In this document: positions 47,336 through 61,365 of the stretch, piece after piece
How positions within the stretch are numbered: position 1 is the first letter of the stretch
How the letters are laid out: each line of letters starts with the position of its first letter
Source of the DNA: Sphyrna mokarran
Lineage: Eukaryota
Length of the DNA stretch: 64,000 nt
Assembly (NCBI GenBank): GCA_024679065.1
Contig: JAGIQG010000009.1
Location: 91,574,001 to 91,638,000 of the forward strand
Direction of reading: 5' to 3'
Position numbers and translations under genes: made by a program
Notes under the pieces: model-generated
Database searches by the model: none
Seen by the model: the letters and a program-made list of their open reading frames with translations, nothing else
Told to the model about the DNA's origin: nothing

Positions 47336-48194
47336 ACAGCTTTATAAAACAAAGATTGACCCAGAGACACACACAGCTCATTGCATAAAAACTGTCTCCA
47401 AATTCCAGGGTTGAAGGAGTGTTTTAAAGAGAGGCTGCAGAGAGGTGTAGGGAGGGATTACAGAGTGAAGGACCGAGGTTACTGAAGGCACAGTTCCCAG
47501 TGTGGGGGAGATTCTAATCCCTGAGACTGCAGATATCAGAATGAGAGGAACCCCGAGATCCCACAGAGTTTGTGAAACTGGAGGAGATTACAGAAATAGG
47601 ATGGTGTGAGGACATCGAGAGATTTCAATTTTAAAATTTGGGGCAGAGGGAGTAGTGCCTTCATTTCAAAGAGAGTGGAATATCAAAGTAGGGAAAGCTT
47701 GCTAAAACTATTCAAGACACCAGTTAGACCACATCTGGAAAACCGTGATCAGTTTTAGTCCCCTTATCTAAGGGAAAATATACTGGCGTTGGAAGCAGTC
47801 TAGAGAAGGTTCACCATGTTGATCCCAGGTATGGAGAGATTTTCTTATGGGGAGAGGTTGAGTAGGTTGGGCCTGTATTCACTGGAGTTTAGAAGAATGA
47901 GAGGTGACCTTATTGAGACATCTCGAATTCTCAGGGATTTGACAGGGTAGATGCTGAGAGGGTGTTTCTCCCTGTGGAAGAATTCCAAGACTGCAGATGA
48001 GGTTGATGAGCTGCATCTCCTCAATACCTTTGAGAATTGCTATGGGGCTAGCAGGGAAGGGTGAGGAAGGAATGGTCACTGATGGTCAGGTCGGGGTTCA
48101 CCATGGACATGAGCATTTCCAAAACCTGAGTTCAAATGGCCCAATCCAGGTAATGGCATACTGCCCAGACACTTGTCCCTTTCTACTTTCCTTG

Positions 48195-49560
48195 TATTCT
48201 AGTGGAATACAAGGAAAGTAGAAAGAAACTTAAGCAAGGAGTAAGGAGGGCTAAAAAGGGTCACGTAAAAGCACTGGCCAGCAGGATTAAGGAAAATCCC
48301 AAGGATTTTCTTACATATGTAAAGAGCAAGAGGGTCGCCAGGAAAAGAGTGGGTCCACTCAAGGACAAGGGAGGGAATCTATGTGTGGATCCAGAGGAAA
48401 TGGGCAAGGTATTAAATGAATACTTTGCATCAGTATTCACCAAAGAGAAGGACTTGGTGGATGATGACTCTGGGAAAGGAGGTATAGATAGTTTGAGTGA
48501 TGTTGAGATCAAAAAGGAGAATTTATTGCGGTTCTTGAGAAACATTAGGGTGGAGAAGTCCCCAGTGTCTGATGGGATATACCCCAGAATACTGAGAGAG
48601 GCAAGAGAGGAAATTGCTGGGGCCTTGAGAGAAATCTTTGTATCCTCACTGGCTACAGGGGAGGTCCCAAAGGATTGGAGAATAACCAGCGTTGTTCCTT
48701 TGTTTAAGAAGATTTAGCAAGAATAATCCAGATTATTACAGGCTGGTGAGCCTTCCGTCAGTGGTAGGGAAATTATTGGAGAGATTCTTTGAGACAGGAT
48801 TTATTCCCACTTGGAAATAAGTAAACATATTAGTGAGAGGCAACATGGTTTTGTGAAGGGGAGATCATGTCTCACAAACATGATCGAGTTTTTTGAGGAA
48901 GTCACAAAGATGATTGATGAGGATAGGGCAGTGGATGTTGTCTACATGGACCTCAGTAAGACCTTTGATAAGGTCCTTCATGGCAGACTGGTGCAGTAGG
49001 AGAAGTTGCATGGGATCAGAGATGAGCTGACAAGGTGGATACAAAACTGGCTCAATCAGAGAAGATTAAGAGTAGCAGTGGAAGGATGTGTTTCTGAATG
49101 GAGGGCTGTTACAAGTGGCATTCCTCAGGGATCAGTGCTGGGACCTTTGCTATTTGTAGTATATATAAATGATTTGGAGGAAAATGTAACTGGGTTGATT
49201 GATGAGTTTGCAGATGACACAAATGTTGGTGGTTTTGTGGACAGCAATGAGGACCATCAGAGGATACAGCAAAATATAAATTTGTTCGACACTTGGGCAG
49301 AGAGATAGCAGATGGAATTTAATCCGGATAAATGTGAGGAAATGCACTTTTGAAGGTCTAATACAGATAGGAAATATGCAGTAAACAGCAGAACCCTTAG
49401 GAGAATTGATAAGCAAAGGGATCTAGATTTACAGGTACGCAGGTCACTGAAAGTGGCAATGTAGTTGGAGAAGGTTGTCAAAAAGGCATATAGCATGCTT
49501 GCCTTCATCAGCTAGGGCATTGAGTTTAAAAATTGTCATGTCATATTGCAGCTTTATAGA
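48195..49560 (+). mobile_element. CR1 RT remnant (paralog of 9570-10910), cut off by Penelope
   Basis: [41 protein letters not shown]. Confidence 0.9.
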
Positions 49561-51715
49561 TGTGGAGATGCCGGTGTTGGACTGGGGTAAACACAGTAAG
49601 AAGTTTCATAGGTTAAAGTCCAACCAGTTTATTTGATAGTAAACCCACAAGCTTTTGGGGTTTGCCCCTTTGTCAGGTGAGTGGAGAGTTCTGAAGAGAT
49701 GTGTATTGTCTCCGGACAGGACAGTAAGTGAAATGTTGCAAGTTCAGGCAAGTTGTGGGGGTTACAGATAGTGTGACATGAACCCAAGGATGAGGCCTTC
49801 CTCAGTCTCCGCTCAGTAACTCTGCGCTGTTGTGTGTTGTGAAAGCCGCCTTGGAGAACGTTTAACTGACAATCAGAGGCCGAATGCCTGTGACCGCTGT
49901 ACTGTCTGGAGACAATACACATGTCTTTAGCCCATGCCTAATGCTATCTGCACTCACATTGTCTGCATCTTTAAGGCTTGAATGACAGGTTAGCTGTGAA
50001 GGCTCGCATTGTAATCAGTATTCTGTAAACTGTGTGTGCCTTTTATATGCTCTGTTTGAGACCAGAACTCTCCACTCACCTGACAAAGGGGCAAATCCCA
50101 AAAGCTTGTGAGTTTACGATCAAATAAACTGATTGGACTTTAACCTGGTGTTGTGAGACTTCTTACTGTATTTACCCCAGTCCAACACCGGCATCTCCAC
50201 ATCAGAACAACCATCGACACTGCAAACTGCCGGATCCAAGTGGAGAGGATCTCCAAGAAGATTGCACATATCGACGCAGACATCAAGTTTTTATAAAGAT
50301 GCAAGAAAGCGGACAAGATACCGAAAAGACTACAGATCATGGACCCACTCAGTTTAACCTATAACGCAGACCACGCTGAGAGACTTTGCTTTTGCACGCC
50401 TCTCACACTCTCCAACCACTTCATACACCAACTCTATAGCAAATGCCGCATCCTGGAAACCAAGATAGAATACATATTCTCAACTTGCACTCAGGACTCA
50501 GATCAGCTGCAAAACACTGCCAAGCGGATGAGACAAAGAAACTACACCATCTACATGCACATCAAGAACAGGAAACTTGAGAAACTCAGCATCACCACCA
50601 GCAGCAACCAAGTCTCCCCCGGTCCCACAATAGAAAACAGTACCACCGCAGAGAGGTCCATTGTCAACTTGTCGGACTACACACTTCAACCAGATGAAAT
50701 CGAAGTTCTCAGCTGAGGACTCAATTTCTGCCCCACCACCAGAATGGACCCCATCAGTCTCGCAGCAGATACAGAGGAATTCATCAGGTGAATGAGGCTG
50801 CAGGAGTTCTTCCACAAAACACAAGAGGCCAACAGTGAACACAATGAGATAGCCAATGAACAGGAACAGCTGAAGAGAGATCTACAGTGCAGCAAACAAA
50901 GAGGAGAGAGTCCAATTGGACTCCTGCAGAAGGCCGCTGCCCTCGACTGGACATGTTTGGCCAAGTCATCAGGAGGTACATCAACATCAGATTCATCAAC
51001 CGCACTCACAAGACAGCCTCGAACATCATCTGAGCACAATGCAACACCATCAACACTCTTAAGACCAACAGTAACATTGTCATCAAAACAGCAGACAAAA
51101 GAGGGACCATTGTCATATTGAACAGAACAGATTACACTGAGGAACACTACAGTTACTGTAGATCCGACCAAAGAACACACCGTCAATTCAACAGACTGAT
51201 CAAGACCTTTGATTTGGACCTTTAGAGTATCCTCCATGCTCTCATCCCACATACCCCCTGCGTTGGAGATCTCTACTGTCTCCTTCCCAAAGATACACAA
51301 GGCAAACACACCCAGCGGTCCCATCGTCTCGGGCAATCGGACTCTGTGCGAAAACCTCTCCGGCTACGTCGAGGGCATTCTGAAACCCATTGTACAACGA
51401 GCCCCCAGCTTTTGTCACGACACTATGGATTTCCCACGGAAACTCAGCATACATGGAACAGTTGAACCAGGGACACTCTTCGTCACAATGGATGTCTCGG
51501 TGCTCTACACCAACATCCCCCACGACGATGGCATTACTGCAACAGTCTCAGTACTCAACACCGACAACCGACAATTTCCGCATGCAATTTTACAACTCAT
51601 TTGCTTCATCCTGGACCATAATATCTTCACCGTCAACAACCAGTTCTTCATCCAGACACAAGGAAGAGCCATGGGGACCAAACTTGCACCTCAATAAACC
51701 AACATCTTCATCCGC
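49561..51715 (+). mobile_element. Penelope-like element 5' part: inverted pLTR, pLTR and decayed RT ORF
   Basis: 49561-49710 is the reverse complement of about 50060-50202; RT motifs PKIHK, PIVSG, VTMDVSVLYTNIPH, GRAMGTKLAP; degenerate hammerhead motifs at 49643-49682(-) and 50074-50113(+). Confidence 0.87.
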
Positions 51716-51719
51716 AAGT

Positions 51720-54245
51720 CAGCCAGAGACCTCCAAGTCTCAGCCTCCCAGGGGTCTCCAACCAAGGGGGATCACAGGCCACTGGGTGTGGAATGCAGTA
51801 GGGTGTCTCCCCAGCCAATGTGCATCCTGAGGGGTCACCCAGGTAAAGACCTTGTAAAATTCAGAAGTTCTAGTGTCAACAGGAGGGCAGAAGTTAAGGT
51901 TTGCACTAGTTAGAAAAAGGACACTAGATACTGTTTAGAATGACATACCTCTGTTATATTGCACAATTAAATATCATCCCTTCATGTTATTTGTACTGTT
52001 AGTTTCACCAAGAAATAATATTGTATCCCCAGCTGTGGCTAATCTTTCTGTGATTCCTGCCCTACAGGGATGACCGTATCCTGACCACACACAAAGAGGC
52101 GCAGAACGTCATGCTGTTGGACAGAGGCCCTTTGGCCAGTAGGCACAGACAGCCTGCCCTGGTATCTCCAGCACCCACCGCAACCTGTGACAACCTCCCT
52201 CACCCCCACAGAGTTTTGGTCCCCCCCCTTAACCCCACACAGCCCACTGACTGCATGTCTATGTCCGAGACCCACACTCATACATGTGTGCACGGGTGCC
52301 AGTGTAAACAGAGAGGGCAGGTAGGATTCAGATTTATGTGCCACCAGAGCAGCATCACAGTGTGCTGCAAAGTGAGTCATCATCACCCGCCTGCCTGGAC
52401 GAAGGACTTGGAAGCGTGCCCAGCCCACTCCCATCACCCTGGTGAGATGCCATTTGAACCCTTGTTCCCGCCAGCCATCCCGGCAGCCTGAGCTGGTCCT
52501 GAAAGAGACCTGGGAATGTCCGAACTCTGGAGGATGTACCTGTTGTGCACACACTCCCTGGGTGTTGTACACACACGTACATGATATTCAGCCTGTGGTC
52601 ACGGACAATCTGCACATTCAGGAAGTGCAACCCCTTCCTATTGATGAAGTGCAGTCCCTGATCATGTGGGATGCACTGGATAATGTGAATGCCATCTCCA
52701 GCCCTCTGCACATGGGGCAGTGCAGTGATGGTGGTGAAACCTGCAGCCTGGACTTCCTGTTGGGCCTGATCCATGTTGAAGTGGATGTAATTGGCTGGAT
52801 TCCTGGGAGGATCTGGTGGTGTAGAAGTTGAGGGCACCGTGACCTTCACTGCCACCGGGAGTGGGTGTCCTCCTGTGCCTCGAGTTCCCATGTCTGAGGA
52901 GCTGAAACAGGTGCCACACTGTCTCCTTACTGAGACGGAGCTGACAGCATCATGTGGCTTCCATCATCCCTGCAAAGCATCTACAAGTGCTGTACACTCT
53001 GAGCCTCCACCTCCTCATTCCTCTCCCCCCACTCCCCTGTGGCAGGATGTACTGCCATGTCCTGGCCCTGACCGGCAGCCCCCTGCCCTCCTGCTGTGGC
53101 TTCTGCCTTCTGGCCACACAGGGAGGGAAGAGGAGTGGGTTTGCTAGGCTACCCATTGCAGACCTTGAGGCTTGGGTATGGGTGCTATCACCGCAGTACC
53201 TTCCAGGGACATGTTTCATTTCAGACAGTCGGGACAGGGGCAGCCTCGTGACTATCACAGGATGGGTTCCCATCGCAGGCAGCAGTGCAGAGTCCAGGCA
53301 GTGTGAAGAACCATGTTAACAACTGCACAGCTCCTGTGCTTGGAGCAGCAGCTGACAGAGCTGCTGTCTGTTACTGTTACTGGGCCCTGGGATACAAGGT
53401 CTGGAGTCAGCCGCAGTGCCTGTCCAGCAGACAGACAGCAAAACAAACAGGTCAATATTTGTGGGTTGGTGATGAACATTATGTGGCACCTTTCGGGGGT
53501 CTCTGTGTAGCCTGGGGAAATGTGTGCACCATGAACCTGCTGCAAGTGGTGACTCCCAGCACTGGTCCCCCCGGGGGAGGTGGTGGTGAAGTGGACTTGT
53601 CCTGAGACTGAGGGAAATAATCTGGCACCTGGGTTCGAATCCCACCATGGCAAATGGTGAAATTTGAATTCAATAGAAGTCTGGAATTAAAAATCTAATG
53701 GTGACCAGAAACTGTTATCTATTGTCACAAATACCCATCTGGCTCACTAATGTACTTTAGGGAAGAAAATCTGCCATCCTTACCTGGTCTGGTCTACATG
53801 TGACTCCAGACCCACAGCAATGTGGTTGAGTCTTAAATGCTCTCAGGAATGGGTAATAAATGCTGGCCCAGCCAGTGACACCCACATCCCATGAACAAAT
53901 AAAAAAGACCTCCATCCCACCCCAGCAACATTGCAGCCCCTGAGTATCCGGTGCCCCGTTTCCCCTGAACTCCGGGGGCTGCCGCTCAATGGGACTTTCC
54001 TCCTCACTCTCCTTCGCTATTGCTGCCCCAGGCCCAGACTTTTATAAACTGTGATTCATGCTGGAGTGACGTCACGCTGGAGAGGAGGGAAAGGTACAAG
54101 AGGGGGAAAAGGGCCGTGCCAAACTCTAATGATATGTAAACATATTCAAATCCATGGAAACTAACAACCCGCCAGAAAAAAATAGCCTGGCAGAATGCTG
54201 AACCACCTGACGTTGGGCGCAAATTCAATTGTTCGGCTCGCGGCC
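51720..54245 (-). mobile_element. Harbinger transposase remnant (paralog of 12360-14894)
   Basis: GDGIHI...FINRKGLHFLNVQIVRDHRLNI...PGSV; frameshifted. Confidence 0.8.
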
Positions 54246-55167
54246 TATTGTCCTGCCCCACTAACCAATCAACCAATGCAGCAGGGTGCAAAGATCACAG
54301 CACAAAGTACCCGCGTTCAATTTCCGGCTTGGGTCACTGTCAGTGTGGAATTTATATGTTCTCCTCATGTGTACGTGGGTTCACTCGGGTGCTCCCGTTT
54401 CCTCCCACAGTCCAAAATATGAAGATTTGTGAATGGCTATGGTAAATTGCCCTTAGTATCAGGGGTACTAGCCGGAGGAAATGCATGGGGTTATGGGGAT
54501 AGGGCTTGGATGGGACTGTGATCAGTGCAGACTTGATGGGCCGAAAGGCCTCCTTCTGCACTGTAAGGATTCTATGATTCTGTGAGGGAAATGGACAATC
54601 CAGAGCAGGATCTTCACTGACCTTCACAGAGCATTTTAATTCCCCTTTATACATGTTCACGAGTATACACTCAGTTTGGAAAAGTCTATGAATCACCAGG
54701 CAGGAATATTCTGATTTAAATTTCACTCCCAGCTGTGGCTGCCTGGAAACACTCTCACCTCTGACTCAGTATGTTCTGGATTGAAGCTCCCATTCCAGAG
54801 ACTGGGCTGCACACACAGTGTATTACTGACAGAATGCTGCACTGTCAGAGGATCAGTCCTGAGGGAGAACTTTCCTCACAGATTAATGGAATAGATCCCG
54901 GGACAGAGCAGGATGATCAGAAACTGGATCAATACTGATCCCTGAGACAACATCATCCATGTAGATTGTCTAATCAGAGTTTCCTGCACCATAACAGTGA
55001 GGACACTAGAAAAGGTATTTCATTGGCTGGAAAGAGCTTTGGTGCATCCTGGTGTTGTGAAGTCTTTCTGTATCTGCTTTCTCTCTCACACCTTTTGTCA
55101 AAATACATTGGTAACTTTGGAATCTAACATCACTGCTCCCAAATCAAGGTACGGATTTTAATTTATT

Positions 55168-58100
55168 AAGAATAGGAGAACCAGGAGCAGGAGTCGGCCA
55201 TCTGGCCCCTCAAACCTGCTCCGCCATTCAAAAAGATCATGGCCGAACTTCTTGTGGACTCAGTTTCACTTACCCGCCAACTCACCGTAACCCTTAATTC
55301 TTTTCCTGTTCAAAAATGTATCTATCCTTGCCTTAAAAACATTCAGTGAGGAAGCCTCAACTACTTCACTGGGTAGGGAATTCCACAGATTCACAACCCT
55401 TTGTGTGAAGAAGTTCTTCCTCAACTCATTCCTAAATCTGCTTTTCCTTATTTTGAGGCCATGCCCCCAAGTTCTAGTTTCACCTCCCAGTGGAAACAAC
55501 TTTCCTGCTTCTATCTTATCTGTTCCCTTCATAACGTTAGATGTTTTTATAAGATCTCCTGTCAGTCTTCTGAACACCAAAGAGTATAGCTCCAGTCTAC
55601 TCAATCTTTTCTCATAAGCCAACCCTCTCAACTGTGAATCTCCTCTGCACCCCTTCCAGTGCCAGTATATCCTTTCTCAAATAAGGAATCCAAAACTGGT
55701 GAGGTATATCCTCAGCAGCACCTTATACAGCTGCAACATAATCTCACTGTTTTTAAACTCCATCCCTCTGGCAATGAAGAACAAAATCCCATTTGCCTTT
55801 TTGATAACCTGCTGCACCTGTAACCCAACACTTTGCGATTCCTGCACAAGGAAACCGGCTCCGTCTGCACACCTGCATGCTGCAACTTTTTATCATTCAA
55901 ATCATAGTCCATTTTGCTGATATTCTGACCAAAATAATTGACCTCACATTTACCAACATTGTACTTCATCTGCCAGATCCTCGCTCACTCACTTAGATTA
56001 TCTATATCTCTTTGCAGACTTTTAGCATCCTCTGCACACTTTGCTCTTCCACCCATCTAATTGTCATCTGTGAATTTTGACACACTACACTTGGTCTCCA
56101 ACTCCAAATCATCCATGTAAACTGTAAACAATTGCAGTGGCAACATTTATCCCTGAGGCACACCACTCGTCACTGATCACCAGAAAAACATCCATTTACC
56201 CCCAGTCTTTGCTTTCTGTTAGTTAACCAATCCTCTATCCATGCTAATACCCATAACACTGTGCATCTTTATCTTATGCAGCAGTCTTTGGTGCGGCACC
56301 TTGTCAAATATCTTCTGGAAATACAGATACATCACATCCACAGGTTCCCCATTGTCCACTGCACATGTAATGTTTTCAAAGAATTTCACTAAATTCATCA
56401 AACATGACCTGCCCTTCATGAACCCATGCTGTGTCTTACCAATGAGGCAATTTATATCCAGATGTCTCGCTATTCCTTTTTGTGTGATAGATTCAAGCAT
56501 TTTTCATGCTACAGAAGTTAAGTTTACCAGCCTATAGTTACCTGCCTTTTATCCACCTCCTTTTTGAACAATGGTGACACATTTGCTGTGTTCCAATCTC
56601 TAGGAACCTCCCCAGAGTCCTGTGAATTTTGGTAAATTACCACTTGTGGAATTGCTCTTTCTCTCGCCATCTCTTCTAGTATCCTGAGATGCATTCCATC
56701 AGGACCAGGAAATTTGTCTATCTTTAGCCCCATTAACTTGATCAATTTTACATCTTTCATGATAATGATAGTTTCTGGGTTCTCACCTCCAAAGTTTTCT
56801 TCCCACAGCCTTTTTGGCATGTTATTTGTGTCTTCCAGTGTGAAGACCCACACGAAATACCACTCAATGCCTCAGTCATTTTCTCATTTCCAGTTATTAC
56901 ATATCTCTTCTCATCCTCTAAAGGATTCATGTTTACTTTCACCACTCTTTTTCATTTTTATATTGAGAGAAACTTTTGCTCTCTGTTTTTAATATTCTGA
57001 GCTAGTTTACCCTCATTCTCCATATTACCTTTCTTTAGCTTTTCTCATGGCTTTCTGTTGACCTTTAAAGATTTTTCCATCCTCCAGTTTCTCACTAATC
57101 TTTGCCATTTTGTATGCATTTTCTTTCAATTTGATTCCCTCTTTTATTTCCTCAGATATCCATGGCTGATTATCTCTTTTTCTACAGTCCTTCCTTATCA
57201 CTGGTGTATACTTTTGCTGAATACTGTGAAAGATTGCTTTGAAAGTCTTCCTCACGCTCCATCTGTACTTTAAATTCAACCATACTGTGCTCGCTTCTTC
57301 CAAAAGGATTCCCAACTACAAGATCATTCATTATACCCAGCTCGTTCCCCAGGTTGCTTGCTCCCTTATCGGTCCCATTCCATACTGTTCAAGGAAGCTA
57401 TCGTGGATACATTTTATGAACTCCTCCTCAAGGCTGCCTTGACCGACCTGGTTTGACCAATTGATACTAAGATTAAAATCCCCCATGATAATTGCTGTAC
57501 CATTTTTACATCCATCAGTTATTTCTTTGTTTATTTCTCGCCCCACAATGATGACATTATTTGCTAGTTTATAAACTACGCCAATCAGTGACTTTTTCTC
57601 CTTACTATTTTTAATTTCCACTCAAATGGATTCAATCTTTTTTCCATAGAACATGTATAATTTTACACTATCCGATATTTCCTCTCATTTCTACTCTAAC
57701 GCGCGGCACCACTAATAATCCTGAAATCACTACCTTTATGATCCAATTTCTTAACTTTCTTCCTAGCTCCCTATATTCTGCTTTTAGGACCTCATACTTT
57801 TTTTAACCTGTGTCGCTTGTACCAACATGTGCTACAACCATGGGGTGTTCACCCTCCCGCTTCACAATGTCCTGCAGCCACTCCGAGACATCCTCGACCG
57901 TAACACCACGGAGGCAATATACTATCTTGAAGTCTTGCTGCAGCCACAGAAATGCCTGTCTATTGCCCTTACAATTGAATCCCCTATAACTATTGTACTG
58001 GCACACTTTTTACTCCTCCCCTCTGCAACAGAATCAACCTTGGTGCAATGAGTTTAGCTGCTGCTGCTTTCCCTAGAGAGGTCATTCCCCTCAACAGTAT

Positions 58101-58440
58101 CCAAAGCGGTATATCTGTTTTACAGGGGAATGGTCACTGGAGATTCCTGCACTACCTGCCTATCTCTCTTGCTCTGTCTGGTGGTCACCCATTCTTTTCC
58201 TGCCTGTGGAGTCTGAGCCTGCGGTGTGACCACCTCTCTATACCTGCTATCCACAATACTCTCTGACTCACGGATGCTCCACAGTGTTTCCATCCGCCAC
58301 TCCAGTTCTGAAACTCGAGCTTCCAGGAGCTGTAGCTGGAGACATTTCCCATACACATACTGACTCAGGAGACTGGAACTGTCCCCAGCCTGTCACATGG
58401 AGCAAGAGGAGTAAACCACTGCTTGGAGCTCTCCCATCAT
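55168..58440 (-). mobile_element. Near full-length decayed CR1 LINE including ORF1 remnant
   Basis: GKCLQLQLLEARVSELE, VVAHVGTSD, MGDFNL.INW, QHGFMKGRSCL. Confidence 0.88.
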
Positions 58441-58740
58441 GTCTTACCCCTTTCAATTAAACTTTTGAAAGATCTTTTGTTTCAGATATATACAATTTTC
58501 TTTCTTTCCTGCTCCTTGTTACTACCGAATACAACCTTTTCAAACTATAAACCACAGAAATTACACAGAAACACTATAATAGTGTACAACAACTACAATG
58601 CCAAGAGCAAAAAGAAAAAATATTTCCCAATTAGTACTCTCGCTTGTAGCCTCTGCTGCCTGTTTCACCTAACTCCCTGTGTCCATCCAACTCCCAAAGC
58701 ACTCCTCACAGTCAGACAGCACTCTGTACAGGAAAAATAT

Positions 58741-58966
58741 GATGTGGAAATGCCAGCATTAGATTGGGGTAAACACAGTAATAAGTCTCACAACACAAGG
58801 TTAAAGTCTGAAGGTTATTTGATAATAAACATCCTTCTTCAGGTGATTCCAGAGTTCTGAATGGAGAACTTTCCACTCACCTGATGAAAGAGGTGCATTC
58901 CGAGAACTAGCGGCGTTTACTTTCAAATAAACCTGTTGGACTTTAAAGTGGTGTTATGAGACTTCT
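58741..58966. mobile_element. Solo fold-back Penelope pLTR with 14-bp TSD
   Basis: TACAGGAAAAATAT at 58727-58740 and 58967-58980; empty site near 20807-20820; CACCTGATGAA core remnant. Confidence 0.8.
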
Positions 58967-59577
58967 TACAGGAAAAATATAACATCGAAGCAACCAGGAG
59001 CCGAACCTGGAATCTTCTGATCTTGTTTTCTGCTGTTAATATTTTATCTTTTCCTCTTTGGTACTACAAAGTATTTGATTACTAAATCTCTTGTGTTATC
59101 TTTAATGGTTCCATATCTCCCAGAGTCACTCATTTACTGTTAATATATTTCAATAAACTTTTACCATTAGTCTTTATATTACCTACACATTTTCACAATG
59201 TCCTTTATCTCAATTTAATCTTTTTGTTCCTCCATCTTTCCCTCTGTTTCTGGACATTTCCACTTTAATTGCTCCAAGTTTCTCTGATCAGGATGTTTTG
59301 AACGTACAAACATGGAGCTGGAGTAGACCATTCGGCCCCTCGAGTCTGCTCTGCCATTCTGTGGCTGATGTGTTTGTGATCTGAACTCTACTTTCCTCTC
59401 AATCTCTCTGTACACTTTCACTCCCTTGTCAGTCATGATGTTATCTAACATTTATATCTGACAGATACATAATAACGTCTGAGTGAACATCACCCATTTC
59501 AAACTCTCACCAAAAGATTCAAATTCACCCCAGAGAGAGAGAGAGAATGAGAATGGGAGACTGAATTCTGTACTTTT

Positions 59578-59629
59578 CTGGAGACACCCAGGAAAAGCAC
59601 AGGGAGATGGAGAAAAGGATCAGCAACAT
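59578..59629 (-). pseudogene. Leader exon copy with destroyed donor (AAAAGT)
   Basis: ATG intact; GT replaced by AA. Confidence 0.8.
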
Positions 59630-59689
59630 TCTGGGAATCCACTGTCCCAATTCCAATCAGTGACTGGGAATTAAACACTCTGAGGATGA

Positions 59690-59950
59690 AACAACTTTAT
59701 AAGTTGGAGGGAAAACACGAAAAAACAAAAACTTTATCCAGGCTCCATTTTCATGTCTAAATCGGACTTTGCTCTTTTCCTGATTGCAGAATCAGAAGAT
59801 GACTGATTGGTTAGTCTCAGAAAATTAAGGAGAGAAAGAGTCAGTCTGTTCCTCGTTACCAGGAAGATCAAACTCAGACAGGATCAAGTTCAGGCTGATA
59901 AAAATCTAATCTTTACCCAGCACCTTTCACAAAGTGAAACTTCCCCAAGG
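59690..59950 (-). promoter_or_regulatory. Promoter copy with kB-like/ISRE, X-like, CCAAT and TATA; Y box deleted
   Basis: AAAGTGAAACTTCCCC at 59931-59946; GTTACCAGG present; AATTAAGGAG replaces AATTAACCAATTAAAG. Confidence 0.62.
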
Positions 59951-60050
59951 ACAGCTTTATAAAACAAAGATTGAGCCAGAGACACACACAGCTCAGTGCA
60001 TAAAAACTGTCTCCAAATTCCAGGGTTGAAGGAGTGTTTTAAAGAGAGGC

Positions 60051-60126
60051 CAGTAAGAATTTAGCAACACCAATTTTCAATCCAACCGTTTTATTTGATA
60101 GTAAATCTGCGAGCTTTCAACACTCT
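60051..60126 (-). mobile_element. Tiny Penelope pLTR tip, same family as 22381-24349
   Basis: CAGTAAGAATTTAGCAACACCAATTTT...GCGAGCTTTCAACACTCT matches 22378-22453. Confidence 0.75.
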
Positions 60127-60714
60127 TTCAACACAATGGGATTGGATGGCAAAACCTCAGAGTAAGATGTCACCCATTTAAGATAGAGATGTGGAGGAAT
60201 TTATTCTCTCAGCGTGTACTGTCTCTTTGCAATTTTTTCCTTCAGATTTCAGTGGGGGCTGAGCCATTAAGTATAGTCAACCTGAGATCGACAGATTGTT
60301 AGTGAGTTAGGGAACAGAAGGTTAATGGGATAAGATGGGAAAGTGGAGCTGAGGATTATCATATCAGGATCAGTCATAATCTCATTGAATAGTGGAGTGA
60401 CCCAATAGGATCAATTGGGTCCACCTGTTCCTATATCTTCCGGATTTATAAGTCACTTCCCTGGGAACTTACAGGTCAGTGAGCACAGGGGTAGCCGAGG
60501 AACACAGAGCTCAGTGTGAGGGTTCATGGTGTGAGCTGTAAGAGTCTGAGGGATATTGATCGGATGTATGTGGAGAGGATGTAGTGTTTAAAATAAGGGG
60601 ATCAGTGTTTAAAATAAGGGGTCTTCTGTTTAAGACAGAGATGAGGAGAAATGTTTTCTCTTGAGAGTCACAAGGCTCTGAAACTCCTCCAAGGCCATGG
60701 AAGCTTTGAATATT

Positions 60715-61000
60715 TGGCACAGTTGGTAGCACTGCTCCCTCACAGAGCCAGGGACCTGGGTTTGATTCCCGGTTTGGGTCACTGTCTGTGTGGAGTTTGC
60801 ACATTCTCCACGTGTCTGCGTGGGTTTGTTTCAGCTGCTCTGGTTTTTTCCCACAGTCTGAAAGATGTGCTGGTTGGGTGCGTTGGCCACGCTAAATTCT
60901 CCCTCAGTGCACCCGAACAGGCACTTGAGTGTGATGACTAGGGGCTTTTCACAATAACTTCATTGCATTGTTAACGTAAGCCTACTTGTGACAATAAGTA
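60715..61000 (+). mobile_element. HE1/V-SINE-like SINE
   Basis: TGGCACAGTTGGTAGCACTGCT...GGGTTTGATTCCCGG...V domain...GCCTACTTGTGACAATAA. Confidence 0.8.
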
Positions 61001-61029
61001 AACTTCTAACTTTTCTTTGGGAGAAGAAA

Positions 61030-61365
61030 TTATAACTTAAATCTGTGTTAAATGATCATCCCCTTATTCTGTGACTCTGCTCTCTGATTCTACACTCTCC
61101 CACAAATGGAAACATTCTCTCAACATTTACCCTCTCTAACCCCCTCAGACTCTTAAATGTTTCAATCATATCACCGCTCATTCCTCGGAACTCCAAGGAG
61201 CACAGACACAATCTGTTTAATCTTTCCTCATATGGCAGTCCCTCTGTACCCAGGATCATCCTAGTAAACCTCCTCTGTACTGCCTCCAGTGACAATATAT
61301 TTCCTTAAATAAGGAGACCAAAACTGTGTGCAATATTGTAACTGTGGCCTCACTAATAGCTTGTA
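61030..61365 (-). mobile_element. CR1 RT C-terminal fragment
   Basis: [12 protein letters not shown]...YEERLNRL. Confidence 0.8.

Larger units (their letters stand above)
47670..59870. repeat. Segmental duplicate of about 9040-21740 (CR1, Harbinger, intron 1, leader, promoter)
   Basis: Colinear shared repeats and unique sequence; a partial third copy lies at 43460-47280. Confidence 0.88.
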
